A stretch of 10,455 bases of DNA from Candidatus Rokuibacteriota bacterium (GTDB lineage: Bacteria > Methylomirabilota > Methylomirabilia > Rokubacteriales > CSP1-6), in NCBI GenBank assembly GCA_016184305.1, contig JACPCX010000032.1, positions 1 through 10,455 of the forward strand, given 5' to 3'. Positions 7,156 through 10,455 of the stretch are shown here, piece by piece (position 1 is the stretch's first letter; the number at the start of each line of letters is the position of its first letter). A program made the translations under genes and the position numbers. The notes under the pieces were generated by a model. The model was not told where the DNA came from. It did not search any database and was given only the letters and a program-made list of their open reading frames with translations.

Positions 7156-8162
7156 AGGCCTCGGTGTCCGTGGGTGACGGGGCGCTGGAGCTCCGCGACT
7201 GGCCGGTCCCGGCCGCCGGCCCCGGCGAGCTCTTGCTGCGGATGCGTGGATGCGGGCTCTGCGGGTCCGACATCGCCAAGCTCATGAGTGGCCGCGCCGC
7301 CCCGCCGGCGGTGCTCGGGCATGAGGTCGTGGGGGACGTCCTGGAGACGGGAGCCGGCGTCTCGCGCTTCGCTCCCGGGGACCGCGTCGTCGTGGCCCAT
7401 CACGTGCCGTGCTTCCAGTGCCACTACTGCCGGCGCGGGAGTCCCTCCATGTGCCGCGTCTTCAAGCGCATCAATCTGGATCCAGGTGGCTTCGCCGAGC
7501 GCGTGCGCGTGCCGGCGCCGAACGTCGAGCACGCCGCCTTCGCGATCCCAACTGACGTCCCCGACGAGACGGCGTCCTTCACCGAGCCCCTGGCGTGCTG
7601 CCTGCGCGCCGTCAAGCGTTGCGGCACGGAGGCCGGCGACACCGTGGTGGTCGTGGGTCTTGGCTCCATCGGCTGTCTGCTCGTCCAGGGCTTCCGGCTG
7701 GCCGGCGCGACGGTGGTGGCCACGGACCTCCTGGCCGAGCGTCGGCGGCTTGGTCTCCTGGCGGGGGCGCAGGTGTTCGAGCGCGACGCGGACCTCGGCG
7801 AGGCGCTGCGGGCCCTCACGGACGGTCGCCTCGCCGACGCCGTGGTCATCACGGCCGGTGGCTCCGGGCTCTTGCCGTGGGCGCGGGCGCGTGTCCGCGA
7901 CGGCGGGACCGTCCACTACTTCGCGGGCGGGGGCGGGGACACACTCCCGCTGGCGCTCGAGGACCTGTACCACCACGAGCTCACGCTGTCGGCCACGTAC
8001 TCGTCGTCGCCCGCCGAGCTCCGGGAGGCCTTCGACCTCCTGGTCCGCGGCGCCGTGACGGTGGACGGGCTCATCACTCATCGGCTGCCGCTCGCGCGGC
8101 TCGCGGAAGGCGTGGATCTCATGAAGCGGCAGCAGGCCGTGAAGGTCTACGTGATCCCGTGA
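7152..8162 (+). CDS. Zn-dependent medium-chain dehydrogenase 1 (sorbitol/threonine dehydrogenase-like)
   Basis: ATGA overlap with hpnD, 336 aa. Catalytic Zn motifs CGSD and GHE, structural Zn CFQCHYC..C, EPLAC, and Rossmann GLGSIG followed by VVATD. Confidence 0.93.
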   Translation: MKASVSVGDGALELRDWPVPAAGPGELLLRMRGCGLCGSDIAKLMSGRAAPPAVLGHEVVGDVLETGAGVSRFAPGDRVVVAHHVPCFQCHYCRRGSPSMCRVFKRINLDPGGFAERVRVPAPNVEHAAFAIPTDVPDETASFTEPLACCLRAVKRCGTEAGDTVVVVGLGSIGCLLVQGFRLAGATVVATDLLAERRRLGLLAGAQVFERDADLGEALRALTDGRLADAVVITAGGSGLLPWARARVRDGGTVHYFAGGGGDTLPLALEDLYHHELTLSATYSSSPAELREAFDLLVRGAVTVDGLITHRLPLARLAEGVDLMKRQQAVKVYVIP

Positions 8163-9190
8163 AGGCCCAGGTCTTCCACGGTCCGGGCGATCTCCGCCTG
8201 GAGGAGATCCCGATCCCGGAGCCCGCGCCGGGCGAGCTCCTCGTGAAGATCGAGGCGGCGCTCACCTGCGGGACGGACGTGAAGACGCTGCGCCGCGGCC
8301 ACCCGGTGATGATGCCGCGGGTCCCGACCGTCTTCGGTCACGAGCTGGCCGGCACCGTGGTGGGCGCCGGCGCCGGTGCCAGGGGCTTCCGCGAGGGCGA
8401 CCGGGTCGTCGCGGCCAACTCCGCCCCGTGTGGCGCCTGCGCGCCGTGCCGTGCCGGCCGGCCCAACCTCTGCGAGGACCTGCTCTTCGTGAACGGGGCC
8501 TACGCGGAGTACATCGCCCTGCCTGCGCGGCTCGTGGAGAGGAACGTGGTCCGCATCGCGCTTGAGGTGCCGGCGGCGCGGGCGGCCTTCGCCGAGCCCC
8601 TGGCGTGCGCGCTGCAAGGGATCGAGCGCGGACGCGTGGAGTCCGGGATGACGGTGGTGGTCTTCGGCCACGGGCCACTGGGTTGTCTCCTCGCCATGGT
8701 GGCCGCGCAGCGGAAGGCGCGGGTGCTGCTCGTGGGCAAAGGGGGATGGCGCCTGGACCGGATCCGCGAGGCGCGGATCGCCGAGTGCATGGACGCGCTG
8801 GTGGAGCCCGACATCCCGGCCACCATCCGGGCGGCCACGGGCGGGCGGGGCGCCGACGTGGCCGTGGACGCCACGGGCCAGCCGGCCGTGTGGGAGCGTG
8901 CCATCGAGGTCACCGGGCGCGGGGGAACCGTGGTCTTCTTCGGGGGCTGCTCTCCAGGGACGACCGTGGCAGTGGACACCCGGCGGGCGCACTACGAGGA
9001 GCTGACCCTGGTGGGCGCCTTCCACCACACGCCCGAGCTGATCCGCCGAGCCGTGGAGCTGCTCGAGTCGCAGGCGCTCGTGCCCGACGGTCTCCTCACC
9101 CACACGATGCGGCTGGACGGAGTGCCGCGCGCCCTCGGGATGATGGCGCGCGGCGAGGCGCTCAAGGTGCTCATCACGCCCGACGGGTGA
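8159..9190 (+). CDS. Zn-dependent medium-chain dehydrogenase 2 (sorbitol/threonine dehydrogenase-like)
   Basis: GTGA overlap with the previous gene, 343 aa. Motifs CGTD, GHE, CGACAPC..C, EPLAC, and GHGPLG followed by LLVGKGGWR. Confidence 0.93.
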   Translation: MKAQVFHGPGDLRLEEIPIPEPAPGELLVKIEAALTCGTDVKTLRRGHPVMMPRVPTVFGHELAGTVVGAGAGARGFREGDRVVAANSAPCGACAPCRAGRPNLCEDLLFVNGAYAEYIALPARLVERNVVRIALEVPAARAAFAEPLACALQGIERGRVESGMTVVVFGHGPLGCLLAMVAAQRKARVLLVGKGGWRLDRIREARIAECMDALVEPDIPATIRAATGGRGADVAVDATGQPAVWERAIEVTGRGGTVVFFGGCSPGTTVAVDTRRAHYEELTLVGAFHHTPELIRRAVELLESQALVPDGLLTHTMRLDGVPRALGMMARGEALKVLITPDG

Positions 9191-9222
9191 GCGTCCGGGG
9201 GTGGGGCGATCGCCCCGCGAAA

Positions 9223-9251
9223 TTGAGCCGTCGGCGCCGGTCCGGTATACT
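9223..9251 (+). promoter_or_regulatory. Sigma70-type promoter for ispH
   Basis: TTGAGC (9223-9228), 17 nt, TATACT (9246-9251). An RBS AGGAGGA at 9264-9270 precedes the ATG at 9275. Confidence 0.7.
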
Positions 9252-9274
9252 GCCGGCATCGCCAGGAGGAGACC

Positions 9275-10170
9275 ATGAGCGTCACGCAGGTCCAGCACAT
9301 CGTCCTCGCCGGCCCCCGGGGCTTCTGCGCCGGCGTGGATCGCGCCATCGACATCGTCGAGCTGGCCCTGCAGGTGTGCGCTCCGGGCCAAGGGGGCGCA
9401 CTTCGTGGACGAGCTGGACGAGGTGCCCGACAACGCCACCGTCATCTTCAGTGCCCACGGGATCTCCCCGGCCGTCCGGGACGAGGGCCAGCGGCGTGGC
9501 CTGCGCGTCATCGACGCGACGTGCCCGCTCGTCACCAAGGTCCACCTCGAGGCGATCCGCTACGCGCGCGAGGGCTACTCGATCATCCTCGTGGGGCACG
9601 CCGACCACGACGAGGTGGTGGGGACCATGGGCGAGGCCCCGGACCGGATGTTCCTCATCGCCCACCCGGAAGAGGTGGAGCGCCTGCGCGTCCCCGATCC
9701 GACCAAGGTCGCCTATCTCACCCAGACGACCCTGTCGGTGGATGATACGCGCGACTGCATCGAGGCGCTCCGCGCGCGCTTCCCGAAGATCGTGGGGCCG
9801 GCCAAGGACGACATCTGCTACGCGACCCAGAACCGGCAGGCCGCGGTGAAGACGGTCGCGGCCGCGGTGGATGTTCTCCTGGTGATCGGGGCGGCCAACA
9901 GCTCCAACGCGAACCGGCTGGTGGAGGTGTCGAAGGGGCTGGGCACGCCGTCCTACCTGATCAACGACAAGCACGACATCCGGACGGAGTGGCTCGACGG
10001 CGCGAGCCGCGTCGGGGTCACCGCGGGCGCCTCGACGCCCGAATTCCTGGTGAGCGAAGTCGTGGAGGCGCTCGGCCGGAGGCAGTCCGTCGCGGTGCAG
10101 GAGGTCCACGTGGTGGAAGAGGACGTGCGGTTCGGGTTGCCGCGGGAGCTCGAGGATGTCGCGAAGGCGG
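9275..10170 (+). pseudogene. ispH: 4-hydroxy-3-methylbut-2-enyl diphosphate reductase, disrupted as given (internal frameshifting deletion, no stop codon; 3' end approximate)
   Basis: 9275-9379 gives LAGPRGFCAGVDRAI. From 9381, in a different frame: LRAKGAHFVDELDEVP, FSAHG, DATCPLVTKVH, GHADHDEV, TQTT, DICYATQNRQ, NSSN, TAGASTP, EEDVRFGLPREL. The conserved PxYVRxExVHN block is missing. Confidence 0.9.
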
Positions 10171-10283
10171 CTGCATCTGGTGACGTTCCTGCGCGGGCGC
10201 TGGCTGGCGGCGCGCCGGGTCGGTTTGCAGGAGTGGGTCCAACGGCGCTACCCGACACACGTAGTGCGGAGGAGGTGAGTGCG

Positions 10284-10455
10284 ATGGCGTGGACGATCAG
10301 AGCGAAGTTCTCGCGGGGAGTCTTCGAACCCCTCGAGCCCGCGGTGGCCGACAGGGTCAGCGAGGGCGAGGAGGTGCTGATCACGATCGCGACGCCGCCG
10401 TCGGCGACCGGGGATCCATTGCGGGATACCGCCGGTGGCTGGAAGGACCTGCTCG
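10284..10455 (+). CDS. DUF104/AF2212-like putative antitoxin, partial
   Basis: Strong RBS GGAGGAGGTG (10268-10277) and ATG at 10284. MAWTIRAKFSRGVFEPLEP...EGEEVLITI matches the IxAxxxxGVFxPLEP..EGxxVxIxI pattern. It runs off the window. Confidence 0.72.
   Translation, partial: MAWTIRAKFSRGVFEPLEPAVADRVSEGEEVLITIATPPSATGDPLRDTAGGWKDLL

Noticed and set aside
4311..8158. Long N-terminal extensions in the ORF track for hpnG, hpnA, hpnD and both MDRs
   Set aside because: They overlap the upstream genes in other frames. Family homology and start/stop overlaps place the starts at 4584, 5303, 6313, 7152 and 8159.
9275..9745. 156-aa ORF as an intact protein, or a programmed frameshift in ispH
   Set aside because: Only the first 35 aa are IspH and the rest is out of frame. 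A frameshift could not restore the missing conserved ~19 residues, and there is no slippery sequence at the junction.
9381..10455. Genuine IspH-antitoxin fusion protein
   Set aside because: The antitoxin has its own strong RBS and ATG, the linker codon usage favours another frame, and the upstream frameshift prevents normal translation of this frame.

Overview
High-GC bacterial hopanoid biosynthesis locus organised around a divergent control region. Leftward: squalene-hopene cyclase (shc/hpnF) overlapping an MlaE-type lipid ABC permease (partial) by ATGA. Rightward: hpnH, a 110-aa hypothetical protein, hpnG, hpnA, hpnD and two tandem Zn-dependent medium-chain dehydrogenases whose cofactor fingerprints appear to differ (NAD-type versus NADP-type). 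A separately promoted ispH follows. It has an internal frameshifting deletion (about 56 nt) and no stop codon, so it reads into a partial DUF104/AF2212-type antitoxin gene. The 600-nt shc-hpnH intergenic region holds divergent promoter motifs, a TTGA-N6-TCAA palindrome, a possible DedA-like remnant, a structured element and a tandem repeat (50 bp identical, period 68) that encodes two 23-aa ORFs chained by ATGA overlaps into hpnH. All family assignments come from motif recognition by eye; no database searches were run.
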